Source: an uncultured Gemmatimonadales bacterium (GTDB lineage Bacteria > Gemmatimonadota > Gemmatimonadetes > Gemmatimonadales > GWC2-71-9). From it: 64,000 nt of DNA. The notes below the pieces were generated by a model. That model saw nothing but the letters and a program-made list of their open reading frames with translations, ran no database searches and had not been told where the DNA came from. The position numbers and the translations under genes were made by a program. Numbering within the stretch: the first letter of the stretch is position 1; every line of letters starts with the position of its first letter. The stretch is taken from the NCBI GenBank assembly GCA_963795085.1, contig CAWCFX010000003.1:288001-352000 (forward strand). Direction: 5' to 3'. Below are positions 27,464 through 37,883 of this stretch, piece after piece.

Positions 27464-29032
27464 TCACGCGGCGAACGGGGAATTATACACCACCTCGCCG
27501 CCGACCACCGTGAGCAGCACGGCGGCCTGCCGAAAACCGGCCCCGCCTTCCCCGGACAGTGCCGCCCCGTCCCACACCACCAGGTCCGCGTCCATCCCGG
27601 GGGCCAGCCGTCCCCGCCGCCCGCCCACCCCCGCCGCGATCGCGGGCCCCGCCGTATAGGCGGCGATGGCGGCCTGAAGCGCGATCCTCTCGCCGGGGTA
27701 CCAGGCCGGCGCACCAGCCTCGGCCCGGCGTTCGGTGGCGGCGAAAACTCCTTCACGAGGGTCCAGGCTGGCGACCGGGGTGTCGCTGCCAAAAGCCAGA
27801 AGCGCGCCTCGTTCCAGCAGCGAGGCAAAGGCGTATGCCCCGGCGCCCCGACCTCCCCAGTGCCTGTCGGCCAGCGGAATATCCGTGAGCAGGTGAGCCG
27901 GCTGCATGGAAAGGACAATGCCGTGGCGGGCGGCCCGATCGAGGTCGGCGGGGTGGACGCACTGGAAATGCTCGATCCGGTGGGGAATCGCAGTCCGGGG
28001 GAGATCCTCCATCAGGTCCAGGGCCCGGCGGACGGCGGCGTCGCCGATGGCGTGGACCACTGACGCGAGTCCGCTCCGGGCGGCCAATGCCGTCGCGGCC
28101 CGGGCGGTCGCCTCCTCGCTGATCGGCATGCCCCGTTCCCGGCTGCCTTCGTAGGGGGCCAGCATCCACGCCGTGCGGCTGCCCAGGCTCCCATCGAGAA
28201 ACATCTTGACCCCGCCGTGGGTCAGCCAGTCCCCGCCCGCGCCGCTCCGGACTTGGTCCCGGACCAGGCGCTCCAGGTCGACGACCGGGTGATGGAACAA
28301 CACCCGCAACCGGAGCCGGTCGGTCTCCACCAGGCGGCTGAAGGCCTCATAGGCCAGGTGGTTCTCCACGTCGTGAATGCCGGTAATACCTAACCGGTGG
28401 GCCTCGGCCTGGCCCTCGAGGAGCGCGGTGACCACCCGGTCCAGCGGGGGATCGGGCAGGAGGTCCCGCACCAGGTCCACAGCCCGCTCCAGAAGCAGCC
28501 CGGTCGGCTGGCCGGCCCCATCACGAACAATCTTCCCGCCAAAGGGATCGGGGGTCCGGGGACCAATGCCCGCCAACCGAAGCGCCGCGGTGTTGACCCA
28601 GGCGGCGTGCACATCAACAGAATGGAGAAAGACCGGGGCTCCCTGGACCCCATCCAGGGCCGCACGCTCGGGCGGCTCCGCCCAGCCGTTCGAATCCCAC
28701 CCCTGGCCGGTAACCCAGCCATCCAGGGGAGCGACCAGGGCCACCCGGGCCAGAGCCTCCGCTCGCGTCGAGGCGCCGGCCAGTTGCACCTGGTGACGGC
28801 CCAGCGCCCACATGGCAAAGTGAGTGTGGCTGTCCACGAACCCCGGGGTCACCAACCCACCGGCAAAGTCGTAATGGGGGGTCCCCACGGGCAGATGTCC
28901 CGCCAGGTCCCTGCTCGACCCAACCTCCACGATCCGGCCGTCCTGCCACCAGAGGCTGTCAACCGGACCCGAACTATCCACTGAGAAGACTCGGCTGGCC
29001 CGGATGAACCCTGTCCTGGGGAAGAATGCCAT
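27464..29032 (-). CDS. Amidohydrolase 3 family (YtcJ-like)
   Basis: PGFVDSHTH, KMFLDGSLGSRTA, HAIGD, RIEH, FGSD, GRLAPGMDADLVV. Confidence 0.92.
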   Translation of the reverse strand: MAFFPRTGFIRASRVFSVDSSGPVDSLWWQDGRIVEVGSSRDLAGHLPVGTPHYDFAGGLVTPGFVDSHTHFAMWALGRHQVQLAGASTRAEALARVALVAPLDGWVTGQGWDSNGWAEPPERAALDGVQGAPVFLHSVDVHAAWVNTAALRLAGIGPRTPDPFGGKIVRDGAGQPTGLLLERAVDLVRDLLPDPPLDRVVTALLEGQAEAHRLGITGIHDVENHLAYEAFSRLVETDRLRLRVLFHHPVVDLERLVRDQVRSGAGGDWLTHGGVKMFLDGSLGSRTAWMLAPYEGSRERGMPISEEATARAATALAARSGLASVVHAIGDAAVRRALDLMEDLPRTAIPHRIEHFQCVHPADLDRAARHGIVLSMQPAHLLTDIPLADRHWGGRGAGAYAFASLLERGALLAFGSDTPVASLDPREGVFAATERRAEAGAPAWYPGERIALQAAIAAYTAGPAIAAGVGGRRGRLAPGMDADLVVWDGAALSGEGGAGFRQAAVLLTVVGGEVVYNSPFAA

Positions 29033-29049
29033 GGAGCGAAGATAGCGGG

Positions 29050-29375
29050 GGAAAGGCACTTCCCAACGGTTGTCTACGTTTTCCACATTGTTGAACCCAC
29101 ATGGCTCAACAGCCCCGAAATCCGCTCACCCGGGTTTGCCGGAGTTTCAAACATCCAAGTTGAAAAATCGAGTTGTCAACATGGAAAAGCCGAAACTCCG
29201 TGGAAACCTTGAATTATCATCTTCTCGCACAAGCGTTTATAGGACCGCCTTATTATCCACTTGAGGTGAGATTCGTAAGCCCTTTATTAACATAGATATC
29301 GATGGCACAGTGAATGTGGAAAAGCCCCTGGCGACAGTGTCGTCAGGGGCCGGGCGAATATTCATGATCAGTGAA
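29050..29375. other. AT-richer intergenic block with DnaA-box-like cluster and IHF-like site (oriC candidate)
   Basis: TTTTCCACA 29079-87, TTGTCAACA 29173-81, TTATCCACT 29253-61, TGTGGAAAA 29315-23; TAAGCCCTTTATT 29276-88. Confidence 0.55.
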
Positions 29376-29378
29376 TAA

Positions 29379-29927
29379 TCAGGAAACGGCGTCTTCGACC
29401 GCGCTCTTTCTCTCCCGCCGGGGGAAGAAGGCAAGCAGGGCATACACCAGGAGCGGCAGGAAGATCAGCGTCTCCGTCACCAGGGTCGGAATCGCCTGGA
29501 CTGTCAGGTAGTGGGCGGCGTTCAGCACGCCCGGGATGGGCCGCCAGAGAAACTCATAACTCTGGGTGGAAAAGGGCCAAAGCAGCATCGGCCCGTTCCC
29601 CAGTTGGCTCATGGTATCCAGGAGGCCATGGCTGGCCAGGGCTAAGGCCACAGTGCCCCCGGACCAGAAGCGTGCCCCTGCCCCGCCTCTCGCAACCAGC
29701 AGGCCTATGATCCCCAGGGTCACCGCGAACAGGATGGAATGGGTGATACCCCGGTGGGCGAGCGGGGTGTTCGGGAGGACCCCGAAGAGGCCGGCCAGGA
29801 GGTCCAGGTCAGGGGCGACCGCCAAGGCGGCAAACCCGATGATTGCGGGCCGGGGGTTCCGGCCCGTCCCACGGCTATACAGGGCGCCGAGGGCGGCCCC
29901 CGCGGCGAGATGTCCGATGCTTGCCAT
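29379..29927 (-). CDS. YdjM-family metal-dependent membrane hydrolase
   Basis: GH, APDLD, HRGITHS, SHGLLD, LLWPFS motifs. Confidence 0.88.
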   Translation of the reverse strand: MASIGHLAAGAALGALYSRGTGRNPRPAIIGFAALAVAPDLDLLAGLFGVLPNTPLAHRGITHSILFAVTLGIIGLLVARGGAGARFWSGGTVALALASHGLLDTMSQLGNGPMLLWPFSTQSYEFLWRPIPGVLNAAHYLTVQAIPTLVTETLIFLPLLVYALLAFFPRRERKSAVEDAVS

Positions 29928-30046
29928 GCCCCACCCTTCAGGTGAAACCCCCGGGACACCGAAGTGCCCCGGAGTCATGAATCAACCGGCTTCTGGGAGT
30001 TTAGGCAGGGGGAAGAACTGTGCCAATGGGGCCCGGCCCCCCGGGA

Positions 30047-30892
30047 TCAGCGGGAGAAAGTCAGGGTACCGGTACCACCCCAGGATATCGGCCCCACCAT
30101 CCTGATGGGAGATGCCCGGAGGCTCTTGGCCAGATCGTCGTTCCCGGCGATCTGCAGGGACCCGGCGACATTCTGCCGTTTCTCGGCCCGAAGATCGAGG
30201 CTGCCCCGGATCCTGGCCCCCCGCGAATTGAGGCCGAGCCAGATCTGTCCCACCGCCGGGGCAGCTCCTGCGGAATCTCCCGCCAGGTGCCCGTCCCAGG
30301 TGATGATCGTTTTGCCCATGGCGACCCGGTACCGGTCATCGGAATGCTCGGGGACCTTACCCATGGCCGGCTCAGCGTGCTCTACCCTGATGAGGGAGGT
30401 CTCGGCCAGCCGAATCATCCGCCAGTTGGGGCTGCGGAGGGTCGCCATGTAGTAGGCGGGGGTGGAATCCTCACCGGGGCGGCTCCCCGCGGCACCGATC
30501 AGCCAGACGCCGAGGTACTGGCGTTTGTCCGGTTCCGGGTTGGCATCGCCCAGCACCTGGTCGCCGATCTTGACCTGGTCGGAATAGAAGGAACACCAGA
30601 GGGCCGGCACCCAGGCCTGGAACTCTGGCTCTCCGGCCACCAGGTGGGAGATCGCCGGGGAGAGGCTGGGGAATGCGGCGGCCCTGACGGGCCGGTACTC
30701 GCGCGGCAGTTCCTTGTCGGCGGCCACGGAATCCATCAGGAAATGAACACACCAGGCTGCCCGGATGTTTTGCAGGGTCCATTCCTGCAGCGCCTGGCCG
30801 GACTCCTGGGCTCCCAGCGGCGCGCCCCCCAGGGCCAGCGCGAAGCCCAACAGCAGCGGCCGATACCACCGGTTGGAACGCAACAGAGCCAC
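30047..30892 (-). CDS. Hypothetical secreted protein
   Basis: GAGGAGG RBS; signal-peptide-like N-terminus; no recognised motif. Confidence 0.65.
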   Translation of the reverse strand: MALLRSNRWYRPLLLGFALALGGAPLGAQESGQALQEWTLQNIRAAWCVHFLMDSVAADKELPREYRPVRAAAFPSLSPAISHLVAGEPEFQAWVPALWCSFYSDQVKIGDQVLGDANPEPDKRQYLGVWLIGAAGSRPGEDSTPAYYMATLRSPNWRMIRLAETSLIRVEHAEPAMGKVPEHSDDRYRVAMGKTIITWDGHLAGDSAGAAPAVGQIWLGLNSRGARIRGSLDLRAEKRQNVAGSLQIAGNDDLAKSLRASPIRMVGPISWGGTGTLTFSR

Positions 30893-30961
30893 CCGTCCTC
30901 CTCGGTTGGAGATTGTCAGTGAGTAGTGGGGACGAACGAGCGCCGAAACCCTGTACGGTTC

Positions 30962-31540
30962 CTATCCCTGCCGCGCTTCACGAACAGCGGCGGCCAGCTC
31001 GTCGTAGGCGCGGCGATCCAGGGCGCCGAAGCGGAGGTTGCGCCAGCGAACCCGCCCCTCGCGGTCGATGACGTAAACGCTGCGCCGCATGGTCCCCTCG
31101 GTCCCATTGCTGCCATAGCGTCGGGCCACCGCCTGCGCCGGATCGCTCAGCAGCCGGAAGGGAATGCCCAGACTGGAAGCAAACGCCATGTGCGTCTCAA
31201 GGCTGTCCACGCTGATGCCGACCACCTCGACGTCGGCGCCGAAGAGGCGGGCGAACTGGTCGGTGAAGGTGCGCATCTGGGCGGTGCAGCCGGAGGTAAA
31301 GTCCCGGGGATAAAACGCCAGCACCACCACCTTGCCGCGGAGATGGCCCAGCCGGAAGGGCTCGGCCCGGGGTCCCACGCTGTCCCGGGTGGCCCAGGGC
31401 AGCGTGAACTCAGGTGCCATCTCGCCCGCCTCGGGGCCGGAGATCAGGCTCGCGGTGGGTTCACCCGGGGGGGTGGCCGTCTGGGCGGCAAGGGGCGTGG
31501 ACAGGGCCACCCAGCAGGCGGCCAGGAGCAGGACGCGCAT
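30962..31540 (-). CDS. Exported peroxiredoxin (BCP/AhpC-TSA)
   Basis: Signal peptide; FYPRDFTSGCT (PxxxTxxC), GISVD, LLSD, RSVYVID. Confidence 0.88.
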   Translation of the reverse strand: MRVLLLAACWVALSTPLAAQTATPPGEPTASLISGPEAGEMAPEFTLPWATRDSVGPRAEPFRLGHLRGKVVVLAFYPRDFTSGCTAQMRTFTDQFARLFGADVEVVGISVDSLETHMAFASSLGIPFRLLSDPAQAVARRYGSNGTEGTMRRSVYVIDREGRVRWRNLRFGALDRRAYDELAAAVREARQG

Positions 31541-31563
31541 GAATAGACCATCTCTCTCTGAAG

Positions 31564-32063
31564 TCATGGATTCTGAGTCACCCGCGCCAGGGCGCTTTCG
31601 AAGCGCTGGGAGGTTCCCAGCCCGGTGTAGGCCACCTTGCCCTGGGCGTCGATGATGACGATGTAGGACGTCTGCGCCGCATCGTATCCGCGCACGCTCA
31701 CGCCGTCGGCATCATAGACCACCAGGAACGGCACCGGGTGCTCCGCCAGCCAGGCCCGAACCTCCTCGGGAGTCTGGCCGACGGCGATGTTGACACCGAT
31801 AAAGGCCACCCGGTCACCGTACAGTTGGTGAGCCGCCTCCACCCTGGGCATCAGCGCCTTGCAGACGTCGCACCAGGTCGCCCAGAACTCGATGAAGACC
31901 GGTTTGCGGCCGATGTATTGCCCCAGGTCCACCGGCCGGCCATCCAGGTCGGGGATGGTCACGGCCGGGGCGCTGGCGCCCACCGAGATTCCCTCCACCT
32001 GGGCCGCGGCCGGCAAGGGTCCGAGCAGCAGGGCAGCAATGACCGCCAGGCTGCACCGCCTTG

Positions 32064-32067
<4 letters not shown>
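31564..32067 (-). CDS. TlpA-family thiol-disulfide oxidoreductase
   Basis: Signal peptide; [10 protein letters not shown]. Confidence 0.88.
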
Positions 32068-33308
<1,241 letters not shown>

Positions 33309-33329
33309 GCCCGGAATATAAGCGGGCCG

Positions 33330-34208
33330 TTAGCGCCCGGTCGGAAACGCAGCCTCAGCGAGGCGGGCGAGCTCGTCCGCGGTGAGTTCCACGCCGGGCG
33401 CGGTGGCCGAGTCCACGACGTGGTCCACTTTGCGGGCACTGGGGATCGGCACCACCGTCGGCCCCTGGGCCAGGACCCACGCCAGCACGATGGCATGGGG
33501 AGAGACCCGATGGCGGCCGGCCAGGTCCGTCACGGCGGGAATGGCAGGAATCCGGAGATTGAGCCGGCCGCCGCCCGTTGGACTGTAAGCCAGGAAGACG
33601 ATGCCTGCCTGGCCGCAGTGCTCGACCACCCCGCCGTGGAGCGACTCCCGGAAGAAGGGGCTCAGCCGGTTCTGCACGGTGGCGATGGGCGTGATTTTCC
33701 GCGCCTGCTCGATCTGCTCGACCGACACGTTGGAGAGCCCCAGCAGGCGGACCTTGCCACGCCGCACCAGCTCCGCCAGGGCCTCGATGCTCTCGGTAAA
33801 TGGTACGTCGGGATCGGGCCGGTGCAGCTGGTAGAGGGCGATCCGCTCCACGCCCAGTGCCAGGAGCGAGCGGTCGCAGGCACGGAAGAGATGCTCGGGT
33901 CGGCCGTTGGTGGTCCACGCGGCGCCCTCGCGGTCCATGCCGCCCTTGGTGCCGACGACGATGGTCTCGCGGGGGCCCTTCCAGCTCTCCAGCGCGGCAG
34001 CCACCAGCCGCTCGTTGTGGCCGAGGTCCCGGTCGGAGAGGCAGTACACGTCCGCCGTATCAATGAACGTGACGCCCTGGTCCAGCGCGGCGTGGATGAC
34101 CCGGATGCCGACATCCTCCGGCGGGCGCCCCTCGATGGAGAGGTGCATCCCGCCGTACCCGATGGCCGAGATCGGCGGGCCATCGGGTCCCAGCCGGCGC
34201 TGTTCCAT
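33330..34208 (-). CDS. Aldo/keto reductase
   Basis: IGYGGM, FIDTADVY, TKGG, LYQLH, GLSN, AYSP. Confidence 0.92.
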   Translation of the reverse strand: MEQRRLGPDGPPISAIGYGGMHLSIEGRPPEDVGIRVIHAALDQGVTFIDTADVYCLSDRDLGHNERLVAAALESWKGPRETIVVGTKGGMDREGAAWTTNGRPEHLFRACDRSLLALGVERIALYQLHRPDPDVPFTESIEALAELVRRGKVRLLGLSNVSVEQIEQARKITPIATVQNRLSPFFRESLHGGVVEHCGQAGIVFLAYSPTGGGRLNLRIPAIPAVTDLAGRHRVSPHAIVLAWVLAQGPTVVPIPSARKVDHVVDSATAPGVELTADELARLAEAAFPTGR

Positions 34209-34215
34209 CAGGCGC

Positions 34216-34965
34216 TCACGGCGTCCGCACGGCCTTCTTCACGTACGCGAGCATTTCGTCCCGGACCTCGTAGTACAGGGCCATGCCGTGATCGGCGCCG
34301 GGCACCAGGCGGGCCGTCACGTGGGCCAAATCCGCGCTCCAGGTCCTGACGTTGTCGCCGCCCGAGAAAGGATCGTTCTCCGAGGATGCGAGCAGCACCG
34401 GAATGCTGACCGCCTGGAGCGCCGCGCGAATCCGCTCCGAGGCGTCCCCGCCGAAAACCGGGGCCCCGGCGGCGCCCAGGGTGATGAGGCCCCGTAACCC
34501 GGGCACCCGGGGCGCGACGAGCAACGCGCCGCACCCGCCCACGCTGGAGCCGACCAGCAGCAGGCGGCTCGAATCGATGAAGTTCTGGGACGCGCCCCAG
34601 CACGCGACCCGGAGGATATCGTCGTCGATACGCTCAAAGGCGAGCTTGGAGGCGCTCTTCATGAACGCGGACCCGAAATCCTCGAGGCCAAACCCGTGGG
34701 GGGTATCGATGACCACCGGGCCGGCGGGACCCATGATCGACGCGCCGTGACCGCGCTCATCGAAGGCCAGGCAGGCGAGGCCCAGGTCGAGCAGGTCCTC
34801 TACCAGGGGCCCGTAACTGTCCGCGGTCGCGGGATACTGGTGGGCCAGGACCGCCAGCGGGTACCGGGTGCCGGGCGACGCCTCCGGGTACTCGAGGACC
34901 CCTTTGAGCACCAGTCCGTCGATGGTCACGACCGACATTTCCAGAGGACTGAGCGGCGGCAGCAT
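34216..34965 (-). CDS. Alpha/beta hydrolase
   Basis: FDERGHG, nucleophile elbow GSSVG, END Asp and DHG His. Confidence 0.8.
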   Translation of the reverse strand: MLPPLSPLEMSVVTIDGLVLKGVLEYPEASPGTRYPLAVLAHQYPATADSYGPLVEDLLDLGLACLAFDERGHGASIMGPAGPVVIDTPHGFGLEDFGSAFMKSASKLAFERIDDDILRVACWGASQNFIDSSRLLLVGSSVGGCGALLVAPRVPGLRGLITLGAAGAPVFGGDASERIRAALQAVSIPVLLASSENDPFSGGDNVRTWSADLAHVTARLVPGADHGMALYYEVRDEMLAYVKKAVRTP

Positions 34966-34979
34966 GACGGGCGCCCGGT

Positions 34980-35252
34980 TCAGCTCAGTCCCAGCTGCTT
35001 CTCCAGGCGAAACCACTCCTCCGGCCGAAGCCGGTTGCCGGCCCGGAGCGGATCCAGGGCGGCGCGGATCTCCTCGCGGGAGCCGCTGATCTTCCGGTCG
35101 CGCAGTTCGCCGACCATGCGGGCGAACCGCTGGTCGAACCCGGTGTGGTCCAGTTCGCCGCTCGCCCGCTTGGCGCTCAGCCGTTCGATTTCTTCGGCCA
35201 GCCGGGTCGGGGAAATCGGCGTAAGGGACTGGTCAGGCTGGTCGGCGCTCAT
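34980..35252 (-). CDS. Small hypothetical helical protein
   Basis: GGAG RBS; fits the minus-strand gene run. Confidence 0.65.
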   Translation of the reverse strand: MSADQPDQSLTPISPTRLAEEIERLSAKRASGELDHTGFDQRFARMVGELRDRKISGSREEIRAALDPLRAGNRLRPEEWFRLEKQLGLS

Positions 35253-35289
35253 GCGAAGCTCCCGGTGATGTGGTGAGGGTCAGGTGGTT

Positions 35290-35790
35290 TCATGGTACGG
35301 GTGCCACGTGCTGAAAGTCGGCGGTCAGGCGGGTCGTCGGCGCCATCTGGAAGACCCGTTCGAAAATTTCCTGCCCGGTGGCCGCCGCGCCGGCGAGGTC
35401 GCGGGCGAAGTCCACCTGGATGAACTCGCGGACCGGACCGTCCGGCGTGTCTTCCACCTGGTAGGTAATGCCCTTGCCCTCGAGCAGGCTCTTGACCTGC
35501 TCGTAGTAGGGCTCCGACCACGGCGCCAGGGGGAAATCCAGCTGGATGCCGAGCGCATTCTGGTCGCGGACGTACTTGGAAAACTCCACGAAGCGCTGGT
35601 CCCCGGGGACTTCGAAGACCACGAAGCCAAGATCGTAGCCCCGCAGCAGGAGAATCTCGAGGCAGCGCTGGAGGTCGGGCAATCCGACTTCTTCGAGGTG
35701 CTCGACGGCCTTGGGACGGCGATAGAGAAACACTCCGGCAATGATCGCCGCGACCCCGAAGACCGTCACCAGAATCAGTTCTGACCGCAC
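35290..35790 (-). CDS. Hypothetical protein with N-terminal membrane anchor
   Basis: AGGAG RBS before GTG; hydrophobic N-terminus followed by a globular-looking domain. Confidence 0.65.
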   Translation of the reverse strand: MRSELILVTVFGVAAIIAGVFLYRRPKAVEHLEEVGLPDLQRCLEILLLRGYDLGFVVFEVPGDQRFVEFSKYVRDQNALGIQLDFPLAPWSEPYYEQVKSLLEGKGITYQVEDTPDGPVREFIQVDFARDLAGAAATGQEIFERVFQMAPTTRLTADFQHVAPVP

Positions 35791-35898
35791 GAAGGGCTCC
35801 TGGGAATAGCAAGCCTAATGCTAACACGAAACGGCCCGGAACACACGCGGGCCCGGCGCGCTGGCCGGGCCCGGGAGTGCAGCGCCGAGGCGCAGGGG

Positions 35899-36072
35899 CT
35901 ATTCGACCGGATCCTTCTGCCGGGTCCGGCTCGCGCCGCTGAAGATCCCGATGCCCAGCAGGATCACCACCCCAATGCCGATCCACATGGGTGGCAGCCC
36001 CATCACGGCAGCGGCCCAGGCCAGGCCAGCGATGAGCAGAACGAAGCCAAGCATGTACAGGCCGAACGTCAT
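35899..36072 (-). CDS. 57-aa two-TM small membrane protein
   Basis: GGAGG RBS; MTFGLYMLGFVLLIAGLAWAAAVMGLPPMWIGIGVVILLGIGIFSGASRTRQKDPVE; absent from the ORF track. Confidence 0.75.
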   Translation of the reverse strand: MTFGLYMLGFVLLIAGLAWAAAVMGLPPMWIGIGVVILLGIGIFSGASRTRQKDPVE

Positions 36073-36156
36073 GGATTCCTCCCGGTATGATACCAGGGCG
36101 CGCCCCCGCCCTGATAAGCTAGAACGGAGGCGCGGCGCGGCTGGTGACCGCAGTCA

Positions 36157-37779
36157 CTAGTAGCTGGATCCCGGGATTTCTACATCGGCGGTGGCCCAGG
36201 CCTTCTGGAGCCGGCCCTGGACCTGGCCGGCCTCGCTGGTTTTTCCCTGCGCCTGGAGACTGGCGGAGAGCCCGGCCAGTGACCAGCCATTCTCCGGAAA
36301 CCGGGTGAGGTCTTCGCGGTAGACCGCTTCCGCCTCCGCTCCCCTGCCCGCCTTGAGCAGCACGGTCCCCAGTGACGCCCGCACCGGGTAGAACCACTGG
36401 GGCGGCTCCACATAGTTGAACGTATCCTCCAGCCGGGCCGCCTCCCGGTAGTGCCCGATCGCCCCGTCCAGCTCTCCCTTCCGGTAGGCGATTTCACCCG
36501 TCAGCGCGTGCATCGCGATATCCATGATGATCTTGCTTTCGCCTTCACCGGAGGTCATCGCCGTCCGGTCGGCCGCGGTGGTCCCGGTCGCGATGACCTG
36601 GACCGTATCCAGCGCCGCCTGGGCCTCGCCCAATTGCCCCTTGGCGGCGTGGGCCATGCCCCGCGCGTACCACGCCAGCCCGGTGGCGACCCGGAGGTCG
36701 GCCGGCGGCAACGGCTGCGCCAGCACCGCGTCCCAGCGCCCAAAGCGGGAAAGCACCAGCACGTCATAGGGGAGCAGCTGCTGGAAGGGTGGCACCTGGC
36801 GGACGACCTCGACCGGCATGTTGGCCACCAGTTTCTTCGCCGCTTCAATGGCCTGCGCGCTGCGGCCCGCCATGGTGGCCGCGAAAGAGAGGAAATGATA
36901 GTTGTGGGGGTAGTACCCGGCCGGGTAGATGCCGGAGGGGCGTTCGCTCGCGATGTAGGATTCGTCGGCGTGGACCGCGTGCACGTTGGCCTCGATCGCG
37001 TCGGCGTACCGGCCCACCCGGATATAGATATGCCCGGGCATATGCACCATGTGCCCCGCCCCCGGCATCAGGGCCGCGAGCCGCTCGGCGCAGGGGACCG
37101 CCTTTTCGGGGCTCACCGCTTCGACGGCGTGGATGTAATAGTGGCACGCGCCCGGGTGGTTCCGGTTGCGGGCCAGCACCCGCTCCAGCTGCTGGATGAT
37201 CAGGTCGGTGCCCGGGTAGGGGCTGCCGTCCTTTTTCCAATACGCCCAGGGGCGCAGGTCCATCATGGCCTCGGCGTAGAATGTCGCGGCGTCGAGATCA
37301 TCGGGAAACTCCCGCACCAGGGCACCCATGGCGGTGGCGTAGGCCGAATCCAGCGCGGCCCGGTCGGCGGAGGCCGTGGCGGCGTACCGCTTCTGCAGCG
37401 CCCGGATGTAGGCCTGCTCCCGGGCCGGAACCTTTGGCGCCAGGGCAACCGCCCGCTCCAGGGCCGCCCAGGCAGCGACGGCGCCGGCTGAATCCATCGG
37501 CGCGTTGACGTGGGGACCGTGGGCCAGCGCCTCGCCCCAGAAGCACATGGCGCATGCGGGATCCAGCCGTTGGGCCTCGCGGAAAGCGCGAATGGCTTCG
37601 CCGTGGTTGAACCCGAAGACCAGGCGCAGTCCCTGGTTGAAGTAGGCCTGCGCTCCCGGAACCCTGGTGCTGATCGCGTGTTGGTGATTCCCGAGGTTGT
37701 CGTAGAGCGGAACGGTGTCGGGGGCGGTCCCGGCAGGCAGCGTCGCGAGCAGCAACGCCGCAAAAGGGATGAAAGCCAT
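36157..37779 (-). CDS. Secreted TPR-repeat protein with His-rich core
   Basis: Signal peptide; AQAYFNQGL..FNHGEA, CAMCFWG, HYYIH, HMVHMPGHIY, HNYHF. Confidence 0.8.
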   Translation of the reverse strand: MAFIPFAALLLATLPAGTAPDTVPLYDNLGNHQHAISTRVPGAQAYFNQGLRLVFGFNHGEAIRAFREAQRLDPACAMCFWGEALAHGPHVNAPMDSAGAVAAWAALERAVALAPKVPAREQAYIRALQKRYAATASADRAALDSAYATAMGALVREFPDDLDAATFYAEAMMDLRPWAYWKKDGSPYPGTDLIIQQLERVLARNRNHPGACHYYIHAVEAVSPEKAVPCAERLAALMPGAGHMVHMPGHIYIRVGRYADAIEANVHAVHADESYIASERPSGIYPAGYYPHNYHFLSFAATMAGRSAQAIEAAKKLVANMPVEVVRQVPPFQQLLPYDVLVLSRFGRWDAVLAQPLPPADLRVATGLAWYARGMAHAAKGQLGEAQAALDTVQVIATGTTAADRTAMTSGEGESKIIMDIAMHALTGEIAYRKGELDGAIGHYREAARLEDTFNYVEPPQWFYPVRASLGTVLLKAGRGAEAEAVYREDLTRFPENGWSLAGLSASLQAQGKTSEAGQVQGRLQKAWATADVEIPGSSY

Positions 37780-37883
37780 AGGTCTGCCTCCTTTTTCGTG
37801 ACTGACTGGGGCGTCCGCGCGGGCGGATGGGATGGATTTTTCCTATTTAGCGGACTGGTCCACGCCCGTCCAGTGGGCCCGGC

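Noticed and set aside
25975..27918. Long N-terminal extensions in the ORF track (pyk, mglB, kinase at 38768, hydrolase at 60594)
   Set aside because: They overlap neighbouring genes or lack family similarity; downstream starts fit better.
29281..29310. dif-like site (minus strand CTATGTTAATA resembles a XerD arm)
   Set aside because: No convincing XerC arm; the DnaA/IHF interpretation fits better.
30011..30026. Sigma-54-like promoter TTGGCACAGTTCTTCC upstream of the YdjM gene
   Set aside because: Good -24 element, but the -12 reads TTCC rather than TTGC; insufficient support.
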